NCBI GenBank assembly: GCA_030704615.1
Contig: CM060731.1
Location: 84,568,001-84,632,000, forward strand
Direction of reading: 5' to 3'
Origin: Takakia lepidozioides
Lineage: Eukaryota; Plantae; Bryophyta
DNA length: 64,000 nt
The translations under genes and the position numbers were made by a program. Positions 24,310-37,700 of the stretch are shown one piece after another. How positions within the stretch are numbered: the stretch's first letter is position 1; each line of letters starts with the position of its first letter. Below the pieces are notes generated by a model, which was given only the letters and a program-made list of their open reading frames with translations, made no database searches and was not told where the DNA came from.

Positions 24310-25520
24310 GGGAAATTGCACTCTCCCCTTTCCTCTCTGCTTCTGTTTACTGTTCAAAGTTATCTTCTGCCCTGACTTTAAATTTAGGTCAAGTGCCAAG
24401 AGTGGGATAGACCCTTGAGCGCATCCATGATGTCCTCCCCCATGTCACAGACTGGAAACAGGTTTAGGGAAGTTTTCTTCCTAACTTCATTTTCATCGGA
24501 CATTTTCTGTAACAGACATGGCTTTGACACTACACTCTCTAAAGTCAGGTTTTTCCAGCAAGGTCAAGACTTGCGTCCAGATTCAGATCCTTGAGAATCT
24601 CTTTTACTCTCTTCTCCCAGGGCTCACCCTGTTTGACAGGGCGGTCTTGTTTCCAAGATATATAGTCGATTAACTTAGGATATCTGGGGTTGGACATATG
24701 TTGCGCTGAACCCACCATCTGACCTTGAATTTAGGGTGTCGGGAGCTTAAAAGAGAGCAGCACAGAAGAGAGGGAGGGAGAGAGAGTGAGAGGGAGACAT
24801 CAGGGGGCAACAAAGAAAAGAAAAGAAGGTGGGGGGGGGGGAGTGACTGAGCAGCTGCTGTTGCTCATCACCCCCCCCCCCCCCCCCCACATTCTCTCTT
24901 TTTTTCTTTGTTGCCCCCTCTCTTGGGGAAACAAAAGGACAGATCCTACCTCTGTCAGGGGCTGACATTGGTAGTAAGACTTACCTTCACATATAAATTA
25001 ATCCGGGTTTTCCAGATATCCTCTACAAATCCCTTCACACAAGCATCAATCTGCTATGTGTGAGATGCCCAAAAACTAGGCCTCAGAAGGGGCTGGCTTT
25101 TGGCTCAGCCTCAACTTTTTCAAAGTTAGTAAACAGAGGTACATGCACAATTCCGTTGATAGATTTGAAGAGAGCGTCTCTTTGGTGAGAGAACCCCGGA
25201 CAGTGTATCAGAAAATGAGTACTGTCTTCAGATTGCCCACACAACGGGCAATTGCACTCCTCCCTTTCCTCTCTGCTTCTGTTTGCTATTCAAAGGTAGG
25301 CTTCATGCCCTGAGTTTAAATTTCAGTCTAGTGCCGAGAGTGGGTAGACCCTTGAGGTCATCCAAGATGTCCTCCCCCATGTCACTGACTGGAAACAAGT
25401 TCAGGGAAGTTTTTTGCCTAACTTCATTTTCATCATACAATCTCATGGCAACAGACATGGTTGGACACTACAGCCTCTAAGTCAGATTTATCCAACAGGG
25501 TGAAGACTTGCGGTTCCAGG
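24310..25520 (-). mobile_element. Two 5'-truncated LINE fragments (same family as 61580-64000) inside the CACTA
   Basis: Nucleotide similarity to 61900-62360 and 62820-63250 (e.g. GCCCTGAGTTTAAATTTCAGTCT...CCCATGTCACAGACTGGAAA). Confidence 0.85.
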
Positions 25521-26843
25521 TTCTTACTCTTTCTCTTGCTTTTGAGTTTCTTAGTTGACATCGATGACAAGTGTGAGGGTCTGTGATTCACCTGGGTTCC
25601 ACAATCCTCACTAACCTGTTGGTTTTGTGGGGGCTTGTGATGGGACCAGTGAGGATCCTCACCTACTTTGAAGTTTCTTGAGCATGCAGATTGGGATATG
25701 GGCTGAGGAGACCTAGGGTTGTGCGCGCTATGAGGTGGCTGCTGGCTGCAGCCCCGATTTCAACCCAATTGCCCTTGACTTGATATGCTCCAGTCTGCGT
25801 TCTGGCCTTTGTCGTTCTGCCGCCGATGCGCAGCTCGGCCTGACGGGCTTGTTTCCTGAGGCTTGCATACAAACCATACCCTACCTTTTAATCTTTGACG
25901 GCACAGCCTGTGGATTACTAAGCTAGGTTGTAAATTATTTTGGCCAAAGAGGATCTGGTTTTTGGTGGTATGTTTTGGCGGTTTTGGGTAACTATGGATC
26001 TGATGGCCTTGAATTTAAGGCGGCAGCCTGGTAGGGTACTGCCCTGCTCCTTGTCAGGCCTACTTCTGATGTGTACTGGATCGTAGTAAGGTGTTCTTTG
26101 CATGTCTTAGCATGGAACTCCTGAAGGATGAGGATGGTAAGCTGCAATGGAATCCTACCTATTGTTTTGGATCTGTCGTGACATCAAGCCTATGACCTGC
26201 CATCTGTTTTTTATACAAAAGAGGCTAGATCTCGGCTGTTCATGCTGTTTGTTGGTACAAGTCTTGAACCGGCAATCTGACAGGCTGCATTCACATTCCC
26301 TTGATACCTTGTATGATCACATGTCTCGGGGTGAATACAAATGATATGGAATCTACTTCATCTGGATCAAGTTGGACTGCTTGGTGGGATACTGAGATCC
26401 TGACAAAATGCAGGCTGGTCCTTATGGCTGATGCATGACCTGCCATAATTAATGGCTGAATTGGTAAGCTGCTGGTATATGTACAGGCTGAACCAAGAGG
26501 CCTTGCAGCATGCACAGGGACAACAATATCTTATCTTGTCCCACACTAGAACAAACCCCGCCCTCCCACCCTGTTTTGTCTTGGATGATTGGGTGGTGTC
26601 TTTTGGGATGATTTGACAAGACTGGAAATGTGAGATAGTGCCCTATCCAGGGCTGTTTATGTCTTTAATTGACAATGACCCTTATGGGTCTTGTCCATGT
26701 CTTGACATGACGTGAATATCTTCCCTCTCTCCCTGTTCCAGTGTACTTAGTGGTGTTTGTACACACTATCTACCATCTTCTTTTCTTGTTTATGATTCAC
26801 CATGGTATCATACTGACATGGTTTTTTTTGGCTGACCTGGCAG

Positions 26844-27620
26844 AAAGCCAGCAAGGCTGTGCTTGAATGGAAGGATGAGCTTAAAGCACTCGGCTATCAG
26901 CTGCTCCTACTGCCTCCAATTCCAGCAGTGCAAGCTACACTTGCACAGATTAAAGCAGGTGGCTTCCATGCCACCTTACAAAAGCTGGAATTTGAAGCTT
27001 TCGAAGAAGCCAGTGATAACCGGCCTGTCTTCTTACTTGAGACCTTAGCTTTAGATGATTGGGTTGCTCTTGGCATTTCAGCGAACAAGAATGGGAAGTG
27101 GTCGGAAAAAATCCAGAAGTACCATTCTAAGTTGATGGAGATTCTGGATGATGATACTACTGAGGTTAGTGCTTGGGAAAAGAAGGGTTCCTCCATTGAA
27201 GAGGCCCTTAGAAGGGCTAACAATGAAGATGCCCTACCTGTACCTACACAGAGATCTTCGACCACTGTTGAAAAGGACTTTGTACCCTCAGTGAGTAATC
27301 ACCCAATTCTGGGCTGTATGGATGTACCTGATGAAGAAAAAGAAGCTGTAAAAGACCTTTTTGACCAGGTTGTGCTCTCCCAAGTGGAACAGGACCGGGT
27401 TGCTGGTGCTACGCCAGGCAACCAACAATTTGTCCCTTGGTTACCCCCTAGGGCGGTCGAGCTTGAGGTGGCCAACAATGACCACATGATGTGGCATCCC
27501 ACGGCTAACATCAATCTGCTGGCCCCTATTTCGATTGACATGTGGGTCAAATGGGGGAACATTACACCAACTGAAGGACCAGATGTGCACAGGATGCCAA
27601 AGACAGCTTCCAGAGGTTAA
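26844..27620 (+). other. Captured exon/ORF of unknown function (253 aa open) within the CACTA 5' subterminal region
   Basis: Long ORF preceded by a pyrimidine tract and CAG acceptor; no motif recognised. Confidence 0.4.
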
Positions 27621-27864
27621 AAAAAGAGCCAATTGCCTTGGCATGGCCTCTACAGACCTTTTATTACAAGCTTTGTGATCAAGGTGAGAACTTGACCTTA
27701 TGGACCAAGAACGACTTGCCTACTGGCTCTACCAGATCTAAGAATCACAAAAGTCAGCTGTTCAATTGGCATAGGCCTTACATTCGGTGTAATTGTGGGT
27801 CTGGAAATGCTTCATCTGGTTGTGTTGGTAGTGTTTATTGGTTTGATCACTTGCCCGGGCAGGT

Positions 27865-28191
27865 TAGAAAAAAAAAAAGGATGCGACGCCGCGCCGGCAC
27901 CCCCACCAACGCCGTCGGCTGGAGGGCCGCGACGGCGAGACGTCGCTCGAAGAGGCTCCTGCCATCGGCGCGGACGGCCTGAAAAACCGACGTCCGACAG
28001 TCGCGGGAGTTGGGGCGGGGGCTCGCGACCCCCATACGTTGCATTTTTGCGACGTCATTTTGGCGATGCCCTTGCGACTGCAGGGCGACGGCCGGGCGTC
28101 GCAAATTCTGCGCCTCCCGCGTGCCCGAAAAGGGCGTTTTCCCGACGCTGCGGCGTGGCGCGGGCGTCGCAAAGGCCCTTTTCCTGTAGTG
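27865..28191. repeat. CACTA 5' terminal/subterminal region
   Basis: TGCGAC/GTCGCA motifs, ending ...GTCGCAAAGGCCCTTTTCCTGTAGTG. Confidence 0.85.
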
Positions 28192-29619
28192 TGCAAGTAC
28201 CTCTGACTTTGGCCACAGAAAGGTTCGACTTACGTCTTGCCTACCAGTAACGTGTTTTGCTCGAACTAAGATAATACTAAGTCATTGACTTCTGTTTCCA
28301 CGTGCTTGTATTTTTGTTTGTTGGAGGGTTCCTATTTTTTTGCTCTCCCAAACTTTGCTTTCCTCATTCGACCCCCGGCAAGGAAATGCGGCGCCGCATT
28401 TCCAAGTAACGTCGTAGGTACTGGTAATTGCGGCCTTCATCATAGTAAGATAGTCGCACCGAGTCTTCAAGGAGCCGACCGTCGCGCACAGCCAACCCCT
28501 CATAAATCTCGCACGTATGAACCGTAATGCGGCACCGCATTTCCCAGTTGAGTCGCAAACCTTTCCCGCCGAATGTAGGAAGAAGACATAATTTTGAGGT
28601 ACTGCAGACTCTTTTGGTGCATGGGTATCATACAATCGCGGCAGAAGGGTCAGCTTCATTCCAATGTTAAGGTATATAAAACCACGGAATACTCTATACC
28701 GGCCAGTATGTGGCGTCTTTTTGCTGTGGTATATTGGATTTCTCGTTGCACGGTCAGTCATTTCCATGAGCAGATCTAAAAAACCATGAGCGGAATTGTT
28801 ACTGTCGACATATCTTCGCCGCATTACATGATCTGGAACTTCCAAAAACGGCAAGGTCAAATAAAAACTATTATTTTAATACTTTTTAAATCTGCCGCAT
28901 TTCCAAATTTGGAGGAGTCCGCTCATGAAAACCGCATGTCTTAGACTTCGGCTCACCGCTCATGCAGCTCATGCGGCTCATGGCTCATGGTTTCTTATCA
29001 TGAAATAGTAAACCTCGGGTGGAGCCCCGCAAACCGGGTTGCGGTGGGGGGACTCCACGAGGGGTGGTGGTAGCGTAGGGAGTCGTAGTAGGGGTGGCAT
29101 ATGACTCACCATGAGGCTGAGGCCTTGTGGTGGGAGTCGTGGGGAGTCTTGGGACTCACCAAGGTCAATTGGGGCCGTGGTGGGTGGGCTTAGACTCACC
29201 GCAACTCATCACAGGGAGTCAAGGGTCTAGGTGGTGGTTCACCAGATTTGGACTTGGCTGTTTATGGAACCCCCGCGGATACCTACAGAAGTATATATAG
29301 GGAGTAGTAACCCCAAGAATGGTGCAATCCCGTTTGTGACCAAAAGCTAGTGAGTAAGTGTGCGAGCCGGAAAACGACCAAGGTGTGGGGAGCTGTTCCC
29401 GACTGCCAACAACCAAAGGGAATTTCCACTAGGGCCAAATTGTGTGAGGGTCTCGTGGAGGAGCAAGGGGGGACCGTTATGCCCCAGTGAGCAGCCGAAG
29501 CTCCGAGTTGGCCCGGCGGCCAGTTTGGGAGTTAGGCGCGCGCATCAAATCGAGTAACTATGACTTAGAGGGGGAGTTACCAAAGTGAGGTGCGCGACAG
29601 CTTTAGTGGGTATAACCAA

Positions 29620-31832
29620 GTGCAGGTAGCTGAAGAGGACCAAGGGAAAACTACCTTTATTACTGATGGGGGATGCTTACAAAGTCATGCCTTTTGGACT
29701 TTGTAATGCACCTGCTACCTTCCAAAGAGTAATAAGTGAGTCGTTCCATGAGTATTCAAGGATGACTTTATGCATGTGTTCCTGGATGATTTCAGTGTGT
29801 ATAGCTCTAAGAATGAGCATTTGCAGAAGCTGGAGCTATGCTTAGCCAGGTGCAGGCCTAGGATTGAATCCAGAAAAATGGACTTTGTATGTGAACTCAT
29901 GAGTTCTTTTGGGACACATTGGGTGTCAAAAAGGACTGCTTGTGGATCCTAGGATGAGATAGGCTATTAAAGCATCTCCACCACCAGCTAATGTTAAAGC
30001 CCTAAGGAGATTCATGGACAAACCAGTTACCATAGAAAGTTCGTCCAACGATATGCACAGAAGGCTACATCATTAAGTAAACTCTTGAAGAAAGATGTAG
30101 TGTATGCATGGACAGCTGAATGCCGACAGGCCTTTGATGAGCTTACATTGTAGTAACAACTACATCCGTGCTGATTAAGCCCCATTGGCATATGGTATTT
30201 CATGTGCATTGTGATGCTTCTGGAGAAGCATTGGGAGCTGTGTTAGCTCAAAATGTTACAGGAAATATAGATTCGCCTGTTTATTATGCTAGCAGATTAT
30301 TGAACAGTGCTGAAAGAAATTATAGCACCATTGAAAGAGAAGATTTGGCAATTTATTTTGTCAAGAAGTTCAGGCATTATCTGTTGGGAAGGAAGTTTAT
30401 GTTCTATTTGGATCATCAGACTTTGATTTATTTGGTGAACAAGCCTTTGATAAATGGAAGAATAGCAAGATGGCTAATAATACTGCATGAGTTTGAATTC
30501 GATGTTGTTTACAAACCTGGTCAGTTGCATCTGGTGGCAGATCACTTATCACGTTCGGAAACAGGAGAACCCGCCACAGGGGTGGACGATCAACTACCTG
30601 ATGCCAGTTTATTTGCAGTAGAGGTAGGGGCTGCTGATTGGTTGGATTGGCAGTGGCCAATCAGATACTATTTGACTCATGGTCAGTGCCCACCTAGTTA
30701 TGGAAAGGAGCAGAGAAGGAGGATAGGGCTCCATTAAGGCTTTGCCATACACTATGATAGGAGGGAAGCTTTACAAGTTAGGACTAGATGGTGTACTAAA
30801 GAGATGCTTGTACCATCATGAGGTTAGTAAAGTTTTGGAAGAGACTCATATAAGAGTGGCTGGAGGACACTTTGGAGAAGAGACTACCAGTAGGAAGATT
30901 TTACTTGCAGGATACTTGTGGCCTACATTATTCAAAGATGTACACAACTTTTGCAAAAGCTGTGATGAGTGCCAAAGATTAGGATCATTACAGAGATCAG
31001 GAAAGATGGCTTTACATCCTACAATGCCTACTGAACCCTTCCAGAAATGGGGATTGGACTTTGTTGCCAATCAATCCACCAGCAAGGAATACACAGAACA
31101 AGTATATAATGACATCAACTGATTATACTACTAAGTGGGTAGAAGCTAAGGCTCTGAGAGATAACACAGCTAAATCTACAGCAAGGTTTCTTTATGAGAA
31201 CATCATCAGGAGATTTGGCTGCCCCTTAGAGTTTTTCAGTGATTAGGGAAGTCACTTTATCAATGAAACCATTGAGCTGTTGACCAAGGAATTCATGATT
31301 GTGCACAGGAAGAGCACAACCTATTACCCTCAGGGTAATGGACAAGCGGAGGCCACCAATAAGATAATGTGCACTATCTTTGCCAAGATAGTGAATGGCA
31401 ACAGAACAGATTGGGACACAAAGCTGATGACTGCTTTGTGGTCTTATAGAACCTCATACAAAGTTACTTTCGGAGGCCACCAATAAGATATTGTGCACTA
31501 TCCTTGCCAAGATAGTGAATGGCAACATAACAGATTGGGACACAAAGCTGATGACTGCTACTACAAAGTATACACCATTCCAGTTGGTTTATGGTATGGA
31601 AGCTTTGCTTTCTGTAGAATTCTTGCTTCCTACCATGACAATTGAATGGGGAAGAAGAATGGAATTGGAGGATTCAATTAAAGTAAGGAAACATGAACTA
31701 TATCATGTGGAAGAAGTTCGTGCTAATGTAGCAGATAACATGACCAAAATTCAAATGAAGAGAAAAGATCGGTTTGATGAAGGCAAACTAAAAACTTTTA
31801 AAGACATGAGACTTGGTACTATGGTTGCATAA
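29620..31832 (+). mobile_element. Degenerate Ty3/gypsy pol (RT-RNaseH-integrase)
   Basis: VMPFGLCNAPATFQR, VFLDD, HCDASG...YASRLL..AERNYS, H..AGGH..C..C, PFQKWGLDFV, YYPQGNGQAE. Many stops; an internal duplication of about 85 bp (31349-31435 / 31472-31559). Confidence 0.92.
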
Positions 31833-31959
31833 GAATGGAAAGATTAAAGCTTCTAAGCTTAAATGTAGGTCATGATTGACTGTTCTGAGAGGGCTGAGTA
31901 CTAAGAGTTTTCTAACTCCTCTTCCCTAGAGTATCCACCACGGATAGCTAAGGGATGGG

Positions 31960-32300
31960 TGAGTAAAAGCCGCTCAACACATTGTATCTGCAAATGGATA
32001 TTATCTTCAGGCTGCCCATGCATCAGGCATTGACAGCCTCCCTTTCGTCTCTGCATCTGTTTCTTGTTCAAAGGTAGACTTTTTGCCCTGAGTTTAAATT
32101 TCAGTCTAGTGCTGAGGGCAGGTAGGCCATTCAGGTCAAATATCCTTAAGGTCCTCACCCATGTCACAGACTGGAAACAAATTCAAGGAAGGTTGATGCC
32201 TTACTTTGTTTTGTCAAACACTCTTTGTGCTTCTAACGTGACCTTAGGCACTTCAGTCTCCAAGTCAGCTTCATCTAGCAGGGTCAGTTCTTCATTATGA
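31960..32300 (-). mobile_element. LINE 3' fragment
   Basis: Encodes LPxLxTRLKFKLR...CQCLMxGQPEDNIH, as in the LINE at 61812-62069. Confidence 0.8.
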
Positions 32301-33109
32301 GGATCAGAAATGCTTGGCAGCTTACCTACACGAGGCCTTGACCTTAGGCAATCCCCAGGGTAAGGGAAAGGTTTTGGGATACTCTTGTACTTTGGTCTTG
32401 TCTCATCACTCTTGTTTTTTTCCATTTTGTCCCATAAGCTCTGTGAGCTTTCTGCCAACGTAATAAAGTACCATTTTGTTTCATTTCATTTCATTTTCAT
32501 TTCACTTTGTTTTATTTATTTTCATTTTGTTTCATGGCATGTCTTTCATCGTTTTTGCATTTCTAATGCCTTGATTAGTTCTATTGTATGGCATTACATG
32601 CGTATGTACTAGTCGGCTCACTACAAACACCAAAACTTCAAAGCATGAACCACTATGAATAATTGTTCAAGTAATTTCGAGCACTTCATTTAAAGTAGTA
32701 AAGCAGTGGTTGCGCCGACTTTCGCTGTCGCAGTTGCCACTCGGCATGTAGCCCCGGGTCACCGAATGGGTGATGCGCTTGCCAAGGTACATTTCAGCCG
32801 GCTTGGTGGCCGGGGGTGTGCTGGACTGAGCCACGGGAACATTATCCAGCTCAACAACAACCTCCCAAGTAGGAGAGCTGGCTGAGCCGGCCCCTGGCGC
32901 ATCCAAGACGGGGATAATGGGAGGGGGGGACTTGCCTCAAGTTGCGGGCGAACCCGGGCGACACGACAGTCAATGGGGCTGGTAACCCGTGAGATGCTAG
33001 TCCCGTCACACGTCCCGGGATATGAAACGGGATCACCGCGCCTTTCTTTGGGGCAGGGGACTTCTTCTCTTTCCCCATACTCCTGGCACCTGTCATGAAA
33101 TGGAGACAT

Positions 33110-34260
33110 TAGGCATTCGTGGAAACAACCTCCCACGACTTGATGCCCAAGCTCGCAATCACATGAGGCATTTCGCGCCGGTGTGTTTGCACAATTTGTG
33201 CCAGAGCCAGTGCCCCATGCGACCAGTTGGTTCCCCCAGCATGAGATAGATGAGATGCGTAGGGTCTCGGGGTATCGTAGGTGTCGCAGGCGTTATGGCC
33301 AGCGACGAGCAGGCCCACCCCCCCTCGGCCGGTGTCCTCAGGCGGTCCCCTTGATCCGGTGTCCTCATCTGATGATTCTTCACGCCCTACATGCAGTAGC
33401 AGCTTGCAGGCCCATTGTGGGAGCCCCCTCCTGTCTGTTTCTCTGCCTAATCCACCTCCGGTTGTACCTCCGGTCGTTGTACCCCCGGATGTACCTCCGG
33501 CATTACATCCTCAACCACCTCCACTTTCATCTCTTCTGCAACCAGTACCATCTCCACCTCCACCTCCACCTCCACGTGCATGTGGCCCCCGAACCCCTAG
33601 GAGGCATCAGCTTTGCCCTAGGTATCCTCCCCTTTGGCTTGGGCGGCCTGAGGATCCTCACCCCCGGGAAGCGCATAGGACTATGTTACCGAGGACCGTT
33701 CAGCCTCGTTGTTGGGGGAATCATCTCGACCCTCTTGTCCCCATCCGAGAGAATGTGGAGTTTGAATATTGGGGTAGATGGTATGTTGTGAGAGCCGCTA
33801 CTGACCCTGCTATGGGTCGGGGTTTATTCACAGTCAATGATATTGTGGTTCCTCCTGGGAGAAACAGCATGGTGGACTTGTTTCCCTACTACGGTCCATA
33901 CTACACCTCCGGGGAGTTCCGTACATTACACCTCGAAGCCCCATATATCCTACCCTACATTTTATGTGTCAACGGACAGGATGTACGTAGACGGGGCTGT
34001 CTCCCATTGACATCAGATTTTGTGATGGTGACCTCGATATCTTCGGCAATGTTGCTGGGTTGGTCAACAATTCTTTTGGTCATCCTAGGAGAACCAATGT
34101 AGTAGGGACGAACGAAGCGATGGGCATGAGAGCTTTTGTGGTCATACGTCGGTATACTGTGAGGGGATGCACATGTTTGTGATGACATGTGCTAGTAAGA
34201 CTATTAGGGCTTGCACCGAGCTATTTGCATCATACGAGTTCTCCCGGGATGATTGATACC
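33110..34260 (+). pseudogene. SET-domain gene, CACTA copy 2
   Basis: MGRGLFTVNDIV...FPYYG, GNVAGLVNNS, ASKTIRACTELFASYEF; frameshifted. Confidence 0.75.
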
Positions 34261-34737
34261 TCCGGCGTGAGTGGGATGTGTATGATAGAAATATGGTTGC
34301 TTTGAGACAAGGGTCGCGTAGAGGGGCATTGTAATATTCTCATAATGTACTTTGTATACATTCGATTAATCTTTAATTCAAAATTGGTTCAAGGTTGAGT
34401 GCGTTGTTGGGGAGGTTTTTTTTTTTTCTTTTTTTTTCTTAAATATTTTTTTGTGAATCTTTGCACATGTGTTGCACACATATTCAAGCACATGTGGGAA
34501 AAAGTGAAGCTTGAGCCACATCCATTTGATGGGTGCAATGGCATGAGAGGTTTTGCTTTCTTAAACAAAATTGGTTGATAGGGTGAACGCGTCCTTGGGG
34601 GGGCAAATGATTTTGTTTAGGTTTGAAAATTTGCATGCGTGACGTTGCGCACATACATGTAATTACTGAATGACATATTTGATGCATGCACACATTGCAG
34701 GTTGTTGTTTGCATTTCGCTTATAATAAGTACTTGTA

Positions 34738-37700
34738 TTGTTGCAAAGACATATTATAATATATGCCCATATGTTCATTTGTTCATATCAGGACTTTGTT
34801 GTTCCCTTCCCGGTCTTTTCTTTTGGCACCCCATCCGAAAACAACCCAAGTACATCAGGTGGGAGCCGTGGGCGAGAAGCCCCCCTCACCGTTGATGAAG
34901 TGTTGAACGATGATGACGATGACAATGATAGTGACAATGACAACAACAGTGAAGATGGAATTAACCAGGAGGATGTGCAAGCCATGGAGGATCTCTTAAT
35001 GCATCATGTGGGCGCTGATGCCTCCCATGGAGAGGAAACCCGACCAATCGATGACCCAGAAATGGCCCCTCAAATGACATGGAGAAGGAGGCGAGAACTC
35101 CCTTGTACGAATGGGCGAAAGTGAGTCGACTTTCAACAATCTTACTTTTGCTCAATCTTCAAATCCGATTTGGCATAAGTAATGTTGGGATGTCTGCCAT
35201 AATGCGAACTATTGCGGACTATATCTTTGCTCCTCACTTGAAACCCAAGATGCCACGGTCGCAGAAAGAGGTGCGCGAAGTCTTGAACTCTGTAGGAATG
35301 GGCTATACGAGTTTTCATGCATGTCCGTGTGATAAAACCCTATAATACGGAGAGGATTTGCGTCTCACCAAGCCAAAGTGCAAGAAAGACCGATATCGGG
35401 ATGATGTCCAAAGGAAAAAAGTACCACGCAAGGTATAAGCGTCATTCCCCCTCGCATGGAAACTATTTTCTTTAATCTTCTCAATGCATGTAAAGTGTAT
35501 TCCACAAAGTTTAGGGTTTAGAGAGTAATACTCATGCAAGATCTGATATGTGGCTTTGGAAAGAGTGAGTAATATTTGCGACGTTCGGTTTTGACCATTC
35601 TTTTCCTAATGAGGGAGAGGGTGCATAAAGGGAAAGACATAAGGCTGTTGTATTATGTGTGCTAATGGGATGATTACATGTGGGGGACGTGGGGTATTTC
35701 ATTCTAGAAAATGCATTACTTTCCGATGATCCCGCGATTGAAGGCAGACTACCGAAGCCCCTCATTGGCAACACTGATGAGATGACACGCCTCGCATCGG
35801 AGCCCCCCGGGAAAGGTGTGCGGGCCACAGGATTCACAAGCATGGAGGCATACTGAAGAGATGTGGCTTTTTCTCTTGGAGGACCCACGACATGTCCGCC
35901 TCGGCTTCTCCTCGGACGGGGTCATCCTATACTCTATCCAGTCATGTAGTCATTCCACTTGGCCGGTGACTATGGTGAATTATAATATCCCTCCGTATCT
36001 TTCAATAAGAAAAGGCCATATCATGTTGGCCGCCATTGTACCAGGTGAGTGTTCCCATTCCATGCTTATTATTCCCTTGGATTTTACATTAATCTTCTGA
36101 CCTTTGGCGCAATTCCGATGGAAGATTGATGAGTGGTCAACGTAATCATGGAGTAAGATGTGTCATTCAATATTATGAAGTATAATTAGCATGGTGGAGC
36201 ATTGAAACAATGATTTGAATGTCTCATAGGGAAAAAACAAGTGGCAAACATGGACACGTACTTGCGACCCTTAGTTGATGAACTTAAGGAGCTATGGAGG
36301 GGGGTCCCGGCATTAGATGCTTCACTTGACCCTTTGGCCGGACAATCTTTTTAGATGAGAGGCATCTTGCTTTGGACAATGCATGATTATCCAGGTATAT
36401 TATGTTCCCCATGAAGAACCCGCGTACAGTTACTTGTCAAGGGAGAATATCGATGAGGATTGGGATTGATTGAAGTAGCGGCGACAGTCTTCATGTGCGC
36501 CTTAATGGGGTAGATGGCACTATGGGCCATGCACATGACAACTTGTTGTCTTTGCTAATGTGGTCGGATGTGTACATGACTAACTGTTTGCTCGGGGCTG
36601 AGCACCAAAGGGTACCACGCATGCCTGCATTGTGGCGATGAACTTGATGCACATAGCTCCCGCCATCTTCGCAAGATGGTGTATTCCAACTACCGCAAGT
36701 TTCTTCCTATGAGCCATCCATGGAGAAAAAGAGACAAACACTTGTTTGATGGCAAAGAGGAGGTACGTCCCCCCCCTGTGACACCATCCGGGCATTTTTG
36801 GGAAGACCGATGGAAGGAGGTCCATACGGACACGGTCGGTGAAGTGGAGGTGCCCGACATGAAGCGACTTTCAATATTCTACGAGTTGTCATATTGGGCG
36901 GTAAATATTCCACAAAAACACCATCAATATCATTATGCATGCATGTGATATTGCACATTTTGTATGAGTCCCATTGACACTTTCACGCCCGCGATATTTG
37001 TGTAAGTATTTGTGGGTGGGGAGATATGTAGGACCTAAAGATTCGTCATCTTCTAGATCCCATGCATATTGAGAAGAATGTTTGCTCGTCCATTTTTCGG
37101 GTTCTTCATGGCACGCCGGCAAAGAAGGGAGTGGCTGCAAAAGGAGATTCTCTTGGTATTAGAAATGAGCTTGAGGAGCAGGGTCGCATGCATCATCTAT
37201 GGGCCGAAGAAAATGGTGTGGACCCAAAGGGTGTTGTACGGTGGAAGTATAGGCATGCACCTTGGCAATGGACAAAGGAGGAATACAAGAATGTGATAGC
37301 CACCATAGGTGCTGTCCAAACACCAACTGGTTATGGGTCATCCCTCCCTATGAAGTTCAACGAAGACGGGGTCTATGGTTTGAAGTCTCATGACTACCAC
37401 AATATTTTGCAAGACATCTTGCCCATTGCAGTACGTAGGACATTGACTCCCGAGGTTCGCGAGACAATCTATAGATTGGGAGGCTTGTTCCAGTGGATTT
37501 GCTCCAAAAAGTTGGAGGAAGCGGATTTTCCACGCATGAAGAAGGAGGCGGAAGAGGTAATGTGTATGTTGGAGATGCACCTTCCTCCCTCCTTCTTTGA
37601 CATCCAAGTGCACTTGGTAGTGCACTTAGTGGAAGAGACTTCCATTGCCGGCCCCGTTCATTCTCGGTGGATGTACTTCCTTGAGCGTTATATGAAGATT

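Larger units (their letters stand above)
1802..28191 (-). mobile_element. CACTA (En/Spm) element copy 1, 26.4 kb including nested insertions
   Basis: Starts CACTACA at 1802 and ends TGTAGTG at 28191. TGC lies on both sides (1799-1801, 28192-28194), a 3-bp TSD. TGCGAC/GTCGCA subterminal repeats at both ends; TnpD-like gene inside. Confidence 0.9.
1..29016 (+). mobile_element. Outer Mutator-like (MULE) element; left end lies outside the window; interrupted by the CACTA at 1802-28191
   Basis: Right terminus ...TCATGAAATAGTAAACCTC (29016) with GCTCATG subterminal repeats matches the inner element's right end ...GCTCATGAAATAGCTAACCTC (16335). Transposase 3' half at 12-1724 is paralogous to about 13670-15564. 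Confidence 0.8.

Noticed and set aside
28282-28860. 192-aa minus-strand ORF in the outer MULE end
   Set aside because: No motifs, partly a translation of the palindrome, and no counterpart at the equivalent position of the inner element.
32619-32630. CACTACAAAC as the left end of CACTA copy 2
   Set aside because: Flank GCT does not match CTC after 40736, and no TGCGAC subterminal repeats follow.
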